This document shows positions 1-13,202 of a stretch of DNA of 64,000 nt, in pieces. This DNA comes from Eledone cirrhosa (Eukaryota). The stretch is taken from assembly GCA_964016885.1 (NCBI GenBank), contig OZ024741.1:171058001-171122000 (forward strand). The letters are read 5' to 3'. Within the stretch, counting starts at the first letter, position 1. Each line of letters starts with the position of its first letter. A model generated the notes under the pieces. That model saw only the letters and a program-made list of their open reading frames with translations, was not told the origin of the DNA and ran no database searches. The position numbers and the translations under genes were made by a program.

Positions 1-1027
1 GGAAAAAGGTTGGCAACCATCTTGCCCAGGTTTATGAGCATGAAAAAAGAAATATCATTAGAATAGCGACTGATCTGGAGGAGAGATATGGAATAAAGCC
101 TGATATAAATATCTCACCCAGAGAATTCGGAAGATCCTATTCAATGTTCAAACAAGATAAAAAAATTGACCAATTTACAGAAAAAGTTGTGCATGGATAC
201 TTGAGGCGTAAAACACAGACCATAGAGGGGATAAACCACTCAAAAAGCCTGGCATGGAGTTCCAACAAGTTTATGACATCACACCTTGAGGGATATCTCT
301 ATGCAATACAGGAACAAGAACTCCCTAGCAAATATCTGCTGCACAAAAAGCAGGGCCAGCAGCTGACAATAAATGAAGGCTATGTAAAACAAAGATCGAG
401 GATGTAAGCCACATTGTTGCCAGCTGCGAAAGAATGTCATCTCGCTACTACCTCCCCATGAGACACGATGGGATAGCTAGAACCATCTGGAACGCACTTC
501 GGAAAACAAAATTAACAACAAACGAGGAAGAATATATTGAGACAGATGGCACTAAGGAATACTGGTGGAACCGGAAAATAAAAACTGCCACCAAATTAAA
601 GCACAACCGACCTGATATTGTAGTTTGGGACCACACATTGAAAACGTGTTCTGTTGTGGAGATCAGCTGCCCACTTGATGTAAACGTTGTCAGAAAAATA
701 CAGGAGAAGGAGGACATCTACGGACGATTGATGAGGAGTTTACAAATCCAGTATCCAAGATACACCTTTAGCTTCGTACCCATCATTATTGGTGCTACGG
801 GTTATATACCAACCCGCTTGGACCAAAGTATGACTAAACTTGGATTTGCGGACAAAAAGCGCAGCTCCCTAATTCATAGTCTACAAATGGCTGCGATAGC
901 TGGCACCTTCAAAATTTGCAAAACATTCTTGCGATTCAAGGGATAACAATTTCTTTTCCTCTACAACCTTGCCACCAGGAAGGTGGCCGGTCAAAAAAAT
1001 ATACTCGAAATTAAGAGAAAGACAAAA
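1..1027 (+). mobile_element. 3' part of an R4/Dong-like RT-REL non-LTR retrotransposon, running off the window start, with a frameshift near 350
   Basis: Near-identical to the reverse complement of ~41530-42556. The short 3' UTR ends ...aagagaaagacaaaa and is followed directly by (CATA)n at 1028. Confidence 0.92.
434..946 (+). CDS. Restriction-like endonuclease (REL) C-terminal domain of the retrotransposon ORF (fragment)
   Basis: RHD, RPDIVVWD, VEIS..P and KEDIY motifs of the PD-(D/E)xK REL domain. Matches the C-terminus of the 1169-aa ORF. Confidence 0.85.
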   Translation: MSSRYYLPMRHDGIARTIWNALRKTKLTTNEEEYIETDGTKEYWWNRKIKTATKLKHNRPDIVVWDHTLKTCSVVEISCPLDVNVVRKIQEKEDIYGRLMRSLQIQYPRYTFSFVPIIIGATGYIPTRLDQSMTKLGFADKKRSSLIHSLQMAAIAGTFKICKTFLRFKG

Positions 1028-1058
1028 CATACATACATACATTCATACACACATACAC

Positions 1059-1132
<74 letters not shown>

Positions 1133-2279
1133 GACAATAGGAAAGATAGTTTTAAACATATATATACAATTATGTGCATGTGTATGAGAATGTGCACATA
1201 TAAATTGAAAATAATCTGATTTATTGACATCAGAAAACACCATTACTAAAACTATAAAAACAACATCCTCCAAAATACAAGAAACAAAACGGCCTTCTAT
1301 ATATAAATTTGAGCGACTTCCGTCCGTCAAACAATATGTGTGTTTGTGTTTGTAAAAGGAAGGAAGGGGATGGTGAAAAGATTATAGAAAAACAGTGGCT
1401 GGCGTTCCATTTGCAACGCTGTGTCTGAGTGTATGTGTATATTTGTGTAAATGTATGTATGTGTGTGTGTGTTTGTGTAAGTGTATGTGTATAGTTGTGT
1501 GCGTGTGTGTTTGTGTGAATGTACGTGTTTTTGTGTGAACGTATATCTGTGAATGAGCATGTTTATATGTATTGTCATACATGTAAATGTATGAATGTGT
1601 GTGTTTGTGTGAATATATCTGTATTTGTATGAATGAATGTATCTCTGTGAGTGGTATTTTTGTAAGCTTTTCTGTGTTTGGGATGTTTATATTTATGTAG
1701 TCATACATATAAATGTACATATGCACACACACACAGGTACACACATATACACACTCACGTCAGCGTGTTGAAAAAATTTCTAGTTAATAAAAAAATACTA
1801 AGTTCATGTAGAATATGATGTCATGTATTCACTCTCACAAGCACTTTTTCTCTCTTTGTCTTTTTCTCTGCCTCGCTTACGCACTTTCTTTATCTCGACT
1901 TCTCTCACTAACTCTCTAACACAATCATTCACTATCTCTCTCTTTTTCTCTATCTCCCTCGCCCCACTCACAATCTGTGCGTGCGTAGGTGTACATTCAC
2001 TGTTCACTGCAGTTTAACTCTTGAGGTTTAAGGAAATGGCTCTGAAGAACATAAGATATCGCAGTCGATTTTTGAGAAATGTTTGAGATGATGTTTAGCA
2101 GGTGATTGGAGAAAGTAGATAGGCCAGAAATATTTGTTCTGCCTCATTAGTGTGGGCGTGGGTGAGAGGTTTCAAAGAAAAGTAGTTTTGCTTCGTCTTT
2201 GTTTTTTTAATGTGTTTTTAATTTGCATAATTCTTCATCTTCTTCTTCTTTATTTTATTATTCTGATTATTAGTAAGAA

Positions 2280-2667
2280 TAATAATTGTTTCTACTTTTG
2301 GCACAAGGCCAGCAATTAAGCAGTGCATTACTGGTACTTTATTTTATCGACACCGTAAGGATGAAAGGCTACAGTTAACCTTGGCGGGATTTGAACTCAG
2401 ATCATAAAGGGGCGTAACTCTGTGCTGCAAAGCATAGCGTCCGATCCTCTACCGATAATGCCAATCCAACGCCAGTAAGAATAATAATTGTTTCTACTTT
2501 TGGCGCAAGCCCAGCAATTACCCAGTACATTACTGGTACTTCATTTTATCGACCCCGTAAGGATGAAAGGCAAAGTTAACCTCGGCCGGATTTGAACTCA
2601 GATCGTAAAGGGACGTAACTATGCTGGAAAGCATGTCCGACCCTCTACCGATACTGCCAATCCACCA
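2280..2667 (-). mobile_element. Two tandem tRNA-derived SINE copies (family A)
   Basis: The minus strand shows an A-box-like tggcagtatcggtag, B-box gagttcaaatcc, central gcctttcatccttacggggtcgataaaa..gtaccag domain (Meta/Sauria-like from memory) and an aacaattatt tail. Confidence 0.85.
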
Positions 2668-2814
2668 GTTAAATTGGATTGATTATATTTGATAGCCAAT
2701 GAGATGTTATCAAGATAGAGACAAACATTAGAAAAAAAAAACTAAACAAGCACAGACTCACTCACTCATATATATACATACACACACACAAACGCACACA
2801 CAAAACACACACAC

Positions 2815-2869
<55 letters not shown>

Positions 2870-2912
2870 CATATATATATAAATATGTATATTCATATGT
2901 ATGTATGTATAA

Positions 2913-2949
<37 letters not shown>

Positions 2950-3379
2950 TATATATGTATACATATATAGGTATATATATATATATACACACATATATAT
3001 ATATATGTGTGTGTTTGTCCTATTTCTTTTTTTTTTTTAAACTACATTACAAAGAAAACAGTTGATTCAAATGTAGAGTTATATTTATTTGTTTCTTCTG
3101 CCACAATATTTGATACATTTCAAGTTTCTTTTCCGTTCAGTTTTTACAATTACTCATTGTAGAGAAAAAAAATTAAATTAAATTAAAACAAGTGGAAAAA
3201 ATAGGAAATCTACAATAATGTCAGGTGAAACAGACAGGCACACATACACACACACACACGTACAAACACGCACACACAGGCAGGCACACATACACACGCA
3301 CACACACACACACACACACAACACACACGCATACTCACACATACACACAAACATATATATATATACACATTGATGCAAT

Positions 3380-3900
3380 TCGATTCAAGTACTCTACGTA
3401 ATTTCTCCAAGTAGGATTGACGGAATATATTTAGAATAAGAAAATGCGAAATAGTTTCAGATGTCAAAGTCCTTTATTGATAAGGCTGTGATACATATTT
3501 CAATGACGACAGTGGCCATACGATTCCACGTACCCATTGCCATGATCTCATCAGACAGCTTCTTCCATAATAAGGTTACGTTCCCGAGGCAATCCAAATT
3601 AAAATGACTAGGGAACGGACAAAAGTGATGTTCTTCAAGCCTTCGCCCGTTGCTTCTGAGCCCCAATTCACCCCCACACCCTTGCGCAGGCGCATATGTG
3701 AAGAAAGTTGACAAGCTAACAACCTACCCCAAACACAGCAAAACTAGCCTAGGCAGATTCCACCACCATAAAAAAAACAACCAATCTACCCCAGCCAAGT
3801 CGGTAAGGTGACACGATCATAGGGTTCATGCCTACAACTAAGTTGTAGCTTACCACCACTGCACGCCTAGTGGCAGCCGCCCAAAACTCTGTGGTTGTAG
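3380..3900 (-). mobile_element. Possible decayed 5' end of an APE-type LINE (RTE-like)
   Basis: MAMGTWNRMAT resembles the APE domain start (xIGTWNV) and lies downstream of a more GC-rich putative 5' UTR. Weak evidence. Confidence 0.3.
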
Positions 3901-4329
3901 CAGACTATAATTTTCAATAGGTTTCAATACTACCCTTAAATTATGCTTGGACAATAGAATTGACCATCACCCGCGAAGATAATATAAACTTAATTCTAGG
4001 TTCTAGATATGATGGTTTCACAATGGATAATTAGATTGAAAATTAGAAACTAAGTATTAAAATCTTGATTGAAGTAAATAAAAAAAAAATATTATAAATA
4101 GAAAGATGTGTAAATTATAGTTAGAAATTATTAAAGGGGGTCAATATTTGATATTACAGATATATTATCCATATATATATATTTAGGTCTGCTAGCAACG
4201 GATTGATTATAACAGGAAAATGGAACTGAAAGTTCGTAAGGTAATGCAGTTTAATTTTCCGTAAATTGTCGCATAACATCGCTGAAGCCAGATATGATGT
4301 TGATCCCAAACGTTTCTGGGCAGCTAGTC

Positions 4330-5150
4330 ATATATAACTTACCATTCCCCGTGAGGACCATTGAGGAGGCTAAAGAAAAACAGGTGAAAGATAGCTGGAG
4401 TAACTAACTGCAACAACGAGAATTGCTTGAGATGTCGGTACATGAAGGCAGGTTTCATGAGGGTCGAAGGCCAGTCCCCCAACAGAGTTTTCAATTTGAT
4501 GAATACCTCAGAAGATACACAAAAGGACAGTGTTGCTGTCAAAATTCCTATGACATCCATTTACACATTATTTTTTTTACTAAACCTTCCCACAATGACA
4601 ACTTATTACAATGAATTTTATTGCTGTCAAAAAATACCTAGTGTTGTAAAGTAAATATAAATTAACCCATAACGCAGAAGGATGTATAGAGAGATATACA
4701 AGAAAACTTATTTGAGCTGAAAAATACCAAACCAGGTCGACCTAATTACAGAACTAAAAATCACATGCGCTCGTTTCAAATCAGATGGTGTAAACAGGTT
4801 GATTGGTTGTGCAACATAACCAAAATACATCTTCGTGTAAAAAACAAAAAATAAATGTGTCTTAAAAGATATTAAATGAAATATTTATTTATTATAAAAA
4901 ATGTCGGTTCCAAGTAAATGCTTTGCTGATTTATGTACATTCGAAAACTGTCGAATATTTTGAGGTTCTCACCAAATGACACATTAAGTATAAATGTCTA
5001 CCTACCGGTTATATGAAATGATCACATGCTGGTGAAGCAAAATACCGAGAACTATACGACATAATGTGCAACGTAACTATTTGTAATGCCAAGACATTTT
5101 AAAAACACTCCGCCAATATTTATCCTCAGTTTGTACAATGTTATTTTCTT
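4330..5150 (+). mobile_element. Possible highly decayed Penelope-like 3' region
   Basis: A C..CRYM segment, a GRP..R.K.H-like GIY-YIG remnant near 4730-4770 and a ctggtgaagc..ccgagaac core-like string near 5029. All are degenerate. Confidence 0.25.
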
Positions 5151-5897
5151 CATATTATCTCTATCTCTTCTCTAATACCACTTATGTCTGTAGTTTTTGT
5201 ACAGAATATCTTGAAAATGTTTCGTCTGTTACTAAATAGATATTTCTTTCATTATTCTAAACTTTCCGAAAGTAAGTAAGAAGCGCAAGTTTTCTAACTA
5301 AATATACATTCCTGATCAGCAACTGAAGCAAACGAAATAAAATGTTTGTGTATTATCTTGATTTCTCTGTTGCATTTCCTTCCGTTACAAAATAGTTATT
5401 TCTCAATGTTCTGTTGTCCCTGATAAAATGCCAAAACTTCAATCTGCCCAACCGTAATGTGCCTTCTATTCCAAGAAACGAAACAATGGCATGTGAAATG
5501 AAATATTTTTCGTATTACTTCGATATATGTAATTTTAGTATTGTCATCCATTAATAACTAGACGTTCTTTCAATTATTATTCTCTTACCAGAATAACTGA
5601 ATAAAACATGTGAAACAAAAGAAAAAAAAACATATATTCAACAAAAAAATATATGAAAACAACTTGAAATGTTGTCTTATAATTCAATAAATATGTATGT
5701 ATAAAATGTATTTGAAAGTGAAAGATTACAATGCTTTCATTATTGAATACAAATTACTTTCCATATTTTGTCTAGTGTAAAATTATATAAGGAAATAAAA
5801 AAACAAAAGATATATTTTGTCGCCGGATCTTTATACCTGATGGCTAAAGCATAAAAGCTGAATAAGAAAAGTAACATTAAATTTTCATAGTAGAATC

Positions 5898-5934
<37 letters not shown>

Positions 5935-5989
5935 GCACGACCGATTTTCGTCTAATCGGACCGAGGAAACAATGTTTCCGCAGGTATTT

Positions 5990-6146
5990 CCAGTTGCTAG
6001 TACTATCTATCGGTCGCAAATCCAGGAGCAACGTGAAATAAAGTGTCTTGCTCAAGGGCATAACACATCGCCTGGTCCAGGAATCGAACTCACAACCTCA
6101 ATATTGTGAATCCAATCCTCTAAGTGCTCAGCCACACGCCTTCACA
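5990..6146 (-). mobile_element. tRNA-derived SINE head (family B)
   Basis: The minus strand reads gaaggcgtgtggct..gagttcgattcc (B box)..ccttgagcaagacactttatttc. Homologous to 57100-57416. Confidence 0.75.
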
Positions 6147-6153
6147 ATATATA

Positions 6154-6202
<49 letters not shown>

Positions 6203-6313
6203 TTTTATATATATATATATTTATATATATATATATATATATTTTTATATATATATATATATATATTTTTATATATATATTTTTATATATATATTTTTAT
6301 ATATATATATATA

Positions 6314-6390
<77 letters not shown>

Positions 6391-6392
<2 letters not shown>

Positions 6393-7754
6393 GACAGTAT
6401 ATAAATTATTAATATATAACTGACTATAACGTCAAATTGGAAAAATAGTTAACGTAAGATGTGGGAAAAAAAAATTCAAACTCAATTGAAAAAAAAATCA
6501 AGTCACATTCATCCACAGAATTGTGTGAAATCCAGGGAAAATTCAATGGAGCCTTAACTCAGAATAAAATAAAGTTTAAATACTCATCCTTCAATTTGGA
6601 AAAACTACAAATGCTCTGTATCGTCTTAAAAAGACTATTTCACGAAACTATCAGTGGGGATGATCACGTTTGGTTTCGATCATCAGCAGGGCTAAAAAAC
6701 ACGATAACCCTAGTATCACTGTTATAATATGCCAACAGTGAATTTAAAAGCAGGCTAGTTTACATCATGCGTAATTATGAAAATAAACCCGCATGGAAAA
6801 CATGGCTGGTGACGTCAGAATGAGACGAATGTCCGTTTACAGGAAACAACTGTCAACGAACATTCCGAAAAAAACTTTACAAATGTAAGGAGTTCAGCAA
6901 AAAAGCAATATTATCGCGTTTTTTTTTTTTTTTAAGACCGGGATTAGTCACAAATAATTTTAAGCACTCTAGGAAAAAGATTCCGAGTATACATATAAAT
7001 GAAAGTATATAAATTATTGTGAGCGTGAAGCCAACAGTATTTCATAATATATAACTGACTATAACGTCAAATTGGAAAAATAGTTAACGTAAGATGTGGG
7101 AAAAAAAATTCAAACTCAATTGAAAAAAAAATCAAGTCACATTCATCCACAGAATTGTGTGAAATCCAGGGAAAATTCAATGGAGCCTTAACTCAGAATA
7201 AAATAAAGTTTAAATACTCATCCTTCAATTTGGAAAAACTACAAATGCTCTGTATCGTCTTAAAAAGACTATTTCACGAAACTATCAGTGGAGATGATCA
7301 CGTTTGGTTTCGATCATCAGCAGGGCTAAAAAAACACGATAACCCTAGTATCACTGTTATAATATGCCAAAAGTGAATTTAAAAGCAGGCTAGTTTACAT
7401 CATGCGTAATTATGAAAATAAACCCGCATGGAAAACATGGCTGGTGACGTCAGAATGAGACGAATGTCCGTTTACAGGAAACAACTGTCAACGAACATTC
7501 CGAAAAAAACTTTACAAATGTAAGGAGTTCAGCAAAAAAGCAATATTATCGCGTTTTTTTTTTTTTTTAAGACCGGGATTAGTCACAAATAATTTTAAGC
7601 ACTCTAGGAAAAAGATTCCGAGTATAAATATAAATGAAAGTATATAAATTATTGTGAGCGTGAAGCCAACAGTATTTCATAATATATAACTGACTATAAC
7701 GTCAAATTGGATAAAATGGTTAACGTCAGGTGTGGGAAAATAATTCAAACTCAA

Positions 7755-7760
<6 letters not shown>
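6391..7760 (+). repeat. Direct tandem repeat, 635-bp unit, ~2.1 copies, flanked by (TA)n
   Basis: aatatataactgactataacgtcaaattgg recurs at 6411, 7046 and 7681. The units are nearly identical. Confidence 0.95.
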
Positions 7761-7811
<51 letters not shown>

Positions 7812-7957
7812 ATACTTTGGGAGGGTCATGTTGCCAATAAGAAACACACGCACCAGTTGCTTTCACTTCAATTTATTATAATAAATTTATAAATATAGGA
7901 ATTTATAAATTTCTGGTTGGTTGGTTGGTTCCACAACCAGATAGTTGTTTATATATT

Positions 7958-8000
7958 GTCAAAGTTCTTTCATCACACATTCTGTGACATCTTCAGTGAC
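7958..8000 (-). ncRNA. Type I hammerhead-like ribozyme motif in the PLE pseudo-LTR
   Basis: gtca CTGAAGA t gtcaca-gaatg-tgtgat GAAA g aa ctt tgac: stem I GTCA/TGAC, 6-bp stem II, minimal stem III. Confidence 0.7.
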
Positions 8001-8201
8001 TGGGGATTCTTTTCTTTATTTTTGTGCCTCTCCTTTGTTCTGTCCTACGCCATTTTGTTTCTGTGTGTGTGTTGTGTGCTCAGTCTGCGCATGCGCCACA
8101 TCCGGGTGTCTGTGTGTGTTTTTATTCGTATATTTATTTGTTTATTTACATGTTACCGGCTGGTTGTTTGTTCTATGTGCGTGTGTGTTTTCATTTTGTC
8201 C

Positions 8202-8519
8202 TTAATTGTAAGTTGTGATGTTGCTGTTCCACTCATATTTTCTATTTAATTTTGGTTGTAATTCTTTTACGTTTATTGCCTCTGTGATTTGTCTAAACAT
8301 TGCGTCTTTTCTGTGTGTAGATTCTATTGTTATTTCTATGTTCTCTAATTTACCCTTATGTTCTATTTTAGCATGTTGGTAGAGTACAGATGATTCTTTA
8401 CTATCTTGAAGGTCTCGCCAGTGTTCATTTATCCGTTCCCCTACACTACGAGCTGTCTCACCTATGTACACTATATTTTTGTCTCTACATTGTCCTTCAG
8501 TACATCTTATGCTATACAC
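8202..8519 (-). CDS. GIY-YIG endonuclease domain of the PLE (fragment)
   Basis: YSIRC..IVYIGETARSVGERINEH..HAKIEH..EAINVKELQPKLN. Confidence 0.85.
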   Translation of the reverse strand: MYSIRCTEGQCRDKNIVYIGETARSVGERINEHWRDLQDSKESSVLYQHAKIEHKGKLENIEITIESTHRKDAMFRQITEAINVKELQPKLNRKYEWNSNITTYN

Positions 8520-11427
8520 TACATTTCTAGTTTTACAGTTAATATGGGGGCTTATTTTACAGGTTATACATTTCTTATCTATACAGGGGGGTCTTTGAAA
8601 AGGGTATGTCTTGCTAATATGTGTTTTTACGGAGGTACCTGGTCTTTCTACTATCTTTATTTTGAGTTTATGTTTATCTAGGGCCCTTCTAAATTTGTAA
8701 GCTAATTCACCTCTAGGGTTGTATCAATGAACATTACACTCTGGTATTTATTGCTATCATACCATGAGTTTATTCTATTAGTCTTATTCCTAGTTCTTTC
8801 TGTTCTATTCCCAAATCTGCTCCTATACAAGGGGCAGGTACCATTTGCGTCATTATTTAACATTTTTTCCCATTTGGTTCTGGCTCCTCTATACACTCTG
8901 ATTTTATCTCTCTGATTGTAACCAGAGAACTGCATACGGTGGATGAAGTGTTGTATGTGTCTGTCTAGTTCTTCGGGGTTGCACATGCGGGACACGTTTC
9001 TCATCACCCGTACCAAATCCGCAATCAGTATGTTGATTTTGGTATGGTCCGAAACGGGCTGAGTTTCGGTGGATCAGATGTTTGGAAGTCATGGGTTTGG
9101 CATAATGGGAATGGAGGATTTGCTTTTTGTTATTAATGGTATGTAACCAGAGCTCTGTGTCTAGTACAGGTAATCGATGGTTGGGGTGTTTTCTTGGGTA
9201 GGCTATAGTAACTCTAATACTCTGGTGGATGGAGTTAGCTATTTGCTGGATGCTTTCCATTGTGTTTTTCTCTAGTTCCTGACTGTTCTCTAGTGGGGGT
9301 GTCTTAACTACGATGTTTATATCATCAACGAAGCGGGAGTACATCATCAGGGTTAAGGGGTCTTCTAATTGTTCTTTAAGTTTAAGTCTACTGTCCCACC
9401 ATACCATGAATAAGTTAGCTATGTCGCCTGCAATGCTAACACCAATTGCTGCTCCTTCCTCTTGGGCATATGTTTTTCCATTAAATTTGAACATATGTTC
9501 CTTAAGTGTTAATTTTATGCTGGCCCCTACCGCATGTGCAATCATTTTCTTCAGTTCATCGTGGTTTTCGGGTGTCCGCATGGCTCTGGTCCACCCATTT
9601 CATCTATCTGTGAGGGTTTTCTTGGCCATTGAGGTAATGGTAGTTGGTCTGCCTCTTGCTGGTCTTGTAGGTCACAGGTTGCTAAGGTCATATGTGTCTA
9701 GGTAATTATTACTATAGTTAAGTTTAAGTAGGAGTCCCAGCTCACTGCTATCAAGCCCACGGAACTCAACCTTGCTCTCACTGATCATTTCTACGCATTT
9801 CTCCACAGCAAAATCCACATCAATAGATCGATACAGGGACACAACATCCATACTACCTATTATGCAGTTTGTTAGGTCCCTAGATCGGTTACTCTCGCCG
9901 ATTCTGCTGAGGAGGTCCTCCGTGCTGTTACATACATCTGGGGACATTTCAATGGTGGGGCGTATGATCAGGGAGAGGAAGTAGGACAGTCTGTAGTTAC
10001 AAGCAATGTTAGCTCCACAGACTGGCCGTGTTGGTGGTCCCGCGACAGGGTCACTGCCCATTTGATGGTCTTTTCGAAGCCCATACAACGCCGGCACGTC
10101 ATTATTCTAGGCCTGGAAGTTGTTGGCAGTCCTTTTGTTGGGCTGCATTATATTCGTCCACATCACCATATGGGCATTGAGGGCTTTTCTCTATCCTCAT
10201 GCTCCTGTGGTGTTACCTCTCTTGTGTTAGTGATGTGGGGTTGCATTGCCTGGATGTAGTTTGGCAGGCTGTCAACCGACATTCTGTCAGACTTGTCTGT
10301 TGGAAAGCATGCTATCTCTCCATTACGCGAGCGCTGCATGAGCTTACGCAAGCCATTTGCAGATTTTTCTCCCAGTTGCTGGGCCTCCATTCTATTATGC
10401 TTCTTGCTATACTGTTCTATAATATTTCTAAGTTCGGATCTAGCTTTACTAAATTGTGCTTCTGTTTGTTCATCGACCTGCGACGGCAATTGCGTGCGTT
10501 TGATAAATGGTAAAGTCGTGGCGTTGACTCGTCGCAGGTCGAACGACTTATCGGAGGGATTATAAAAAGTAAAGTTCCAGGCAGCTGCTTTATGTGTACT
10601 AGTGCTATTGTTATTGTTAGTTGTGTTATTTCTATTTCTATTTCCACCAACAGCCTCATGGTTGTTTCTATGTCTCTCATTATTACTCCTGTCTCTTTCC
10701 ACTGGCTCATTGTTATTATCTACCCTAATTTGTGTGTCTGTGTGTTCGTCTTGGTTATTTTCTTTGTCCATAGTCTCCCCTCTCCTTTTAATCCTATTAC
10801 TTTCCCTTATTTCTGTGATTTCTGAGCTACTGTCATTACTTGTTTTCTGTGTCTGTGTGTTTGTTAAGATTGTGGTGGTGGTGGTGAGAGGCATTGAATG
10901 TGTGTGTGTTGTTGATGTGTGCTGTTGTTGATGTGTGTTATTGTTGTTGTCTCCGTGTGTGCTATTCTTGTTGTGTGTGTTGTTATTGCTGTTTGTGTCT
11001 GCGTGTCTGTTGTTGTTGTTTCTGAGTATGTTATTATTGTTGGTGTGTGTGTTGTTGTTATTGTTGTTTGTGTCTGTGTGTCTGTTGTTGTTGGGATGTG
11101 TGTTGTATATGGGTGTGCGTATGTTGTTACTTTTGTTTTTGTTTTTGTTTTTATTTTTGAGGCTCCAACGTAATTTTGTAAATGATTTTTCTATTTCTGA
11201 CAGACAACTAATCATATTTACCTTCTTGAATGTCGCAAATTTCGGCGGTAGTTTTAATACAGATAATTCATCAGGATCTATTGCCGTGTTGCCGTATATA
11301 TCTGTGTGTTGTTGTTGAACTCATATGTTAATGAGGTGTCGGCCATATTTATACCGTCAATTTTGTCGGGATATCTATTGGTATTCTCTACAGTATCCTG
11401 ATTTAGAGAGAAAAATCTGCAAATGGC

Positions 11428-12678
11428 TTGCGTAAGCTCATGCAGCGCTGGCGTAATGGAGAGATAGCATGCTTTCCAACAGACAAGTTTGGCAGAATGT
11501 CGTTTGACAGCCTGCCAAACTACATCCAGGCAATGCAACTCCACATCACTAACACAAGAGAGGTAACACCACAGGAGCATGAGGATAGAGAAAAAGCCCT
11601 CAATGCCCATATGGTGATGTGGACGAATATAATGCAGCCCAACAAAAGGACTGCCAACAACTTCCAGACCTGGAACAATGACGTGCCGGCGTTGTATGGG
11701 CTTCGAAAAGACCATCAAACGGGCAGTGACCCTGTCGCGGAACCACCAACACGGCCAGTCTGTGGAGCTAACATTGCTAGTAACTACAGACTGTCCTACT
11801 TCCTCTCCCTGATCATACGCCCCACCATTGAAATGTTCCCAGATGTATGTGACAGCACGGAGGACCTCCTCAGCAGAATCGGCGAGAGTAACCGATCTAG
11901 GGACCTAACAAACTGCATAATAGGTAGTATGGATGTTGTGTCCCTGTATCCATCTATTGATGTGGATGTTGCTGTGGAGAAATGCGTAGAAATGATCAGT
12001 GAGAGCAATGTTGAGTTCCGTGGGCTTGATACCAGTGAGATGGGACTCCTACTTAAACTTAGCTGTAGTAATAATTACCTAGACACATATGACCTTAGCA
12101 ACCTGTGCCCTACAAGACCAGCAAGAGGCAGACCACCTACCATTACCTCAATGTCCAAGAAAACCCACACAGATAGATGGAATGGGTGGATCAGAGCCAT
12201 ACGGACACCCGAAAACCACGATGAACTGAAGAAAATGATTGCACATGCGGTAGGAGCCAGCATAAAGCTAACCCTTAAGGAATATATGTTCAAATTTAAT
12301 GGAAAAACATGTGCCCAAGAGGAAGGAGCAGCCATTGGTGTTAGCATTGCAGGCGACATAGCTAACTTATTCATGGTATGGTGGGACAGTAGACTTAAAC
12401 TTAAAGAACAATTAGAAGACCCCTTAACCCTGATAATGTACTCCCGCTTCGTTGATGATATAAAAATCGTAGTTAAGACACCCCCACTAGAGAACAGTCA
12501 GGAACTAGAGAAAAACACAATGGAAAGCATCCAGCAAATAGCTAACTCCATCCACCAGAGTATTAGAGTTACTATAAGCTACCTAAGTAAACACCCCAAC
12601 CATCGATTACCTGTACTAGACACAGAACTCTGGTTAGATACCATTAATAACAAAAAACAAATCCTCCATTCCCATTAA
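11428..12678 (+). CDS. PLE reverse transcriptase core (truncated)
   Basis: TDK.GR, PALYGLRKDH, PTRPV, SMDVVSLYPSI, QEEGAAIG..IANLFM, SRFVDDI and LPVLD motifs. Confidence 0.88.
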   Translation: MRKLMQRWRNGEIACFPTDKFGRMSFDSLPNYIQAMQLHITNTREVTPQEHEDREKALNAHMVMWTNIMQPNKRTANNFQTWNNDVPALYGLRKDHQTGSDPVAEPPTRPVCGANIASNYRLSYFLSLIIRPTIEMFPDVCDSTEDLLSRIGESNRSRDLTNCIIGSMDVVSLYPSIDVDVAVEKCVEMISESNVEFRGLDTSEMGLLLKLSCSNNYLDTYDLSNLCPTRPARGRPPTITSMSKKTHTDRWNGWIRAIRTPENHDELKKMIAHAVGASIKLTLKEYMFKFNGKTCAQEEGAAIGVSIAGDIANLFMVWWDSRLKLKEQLEDPLTLIMYSRFVDDIKIVVKTPPLENSQELEKNTMESIQQIANSIHQSIRVTISYLSKHPNHRLPVLDTELWLDTINNKKQILHSH

Positions 12679-13202
12679 GTCAAACCCATGACTTCCAAAC
12701 ATCTGATCCACCGAAACTCAGCTGTTTCGGACCATACCAAAGTCAACATACTGATTGCTGATTTGGTACGGGTGATGAGAAACGTGTCCCGCATGTGCAA
12801 CCCCGAAGAACTAGACAGACACATACAACACTTCATCCACCGTATGCAGTTCTCTGGTTACAATCAGAGAGATAAAATCAGAGTGTATAGAGGAGCCTGA
12901 ACCAAATGGGAAAAAATGTTAAATAATGACGCAAATGGGACCTGCCCCTTGTATAGGAGCAAATTTTGGAATAGAATAGTAAGAACTAGGAATAAGACTA
13001 ATAGAATAAACTCATGGTATGATAGCAATAAATACCAGAGTTTAATGTTCATCGATACAACCCCTAGAGGTGAATTAGCTTACAAATTTAGAAGGGCCCT
13101 AGATAAACATAAACTCAAAATAAAATAGTAGAAAGACCAGGTACCTCCGTAAAAACACATATTAGCAAGACATACTCTTTTCAAACACCCCCATGTATAG
13201 AT

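Larger units (their letters stand above)
7805..11407 (-). mobile_element. Penelope-like retroelement (Neptune-like), left arm of a 6.2-kb palindrome, 5'-truncated and frameshifted
   Basis: Minus-strand ORF pieces 10163-11215, 9672-10097, 8904-9581, 8702-9016 and 8202-8519 give PKFA..KLRW, YGLRKDH..RPV, GAAIG, FVDD, CX4CX2C and the GIY-YIG VVY..YIGETAR..R..EH. The 3' end abuts (TA)n. Confidence 0.92.

Noticed and set aside
12898-12900. In-frame TGA in the PLE ORF as possible selenocysteine (reported in some Naiad PLEs)
   Set aside because: The left arm has AGA (Arg) at the same codon, so it is a simple nonsense mutation.
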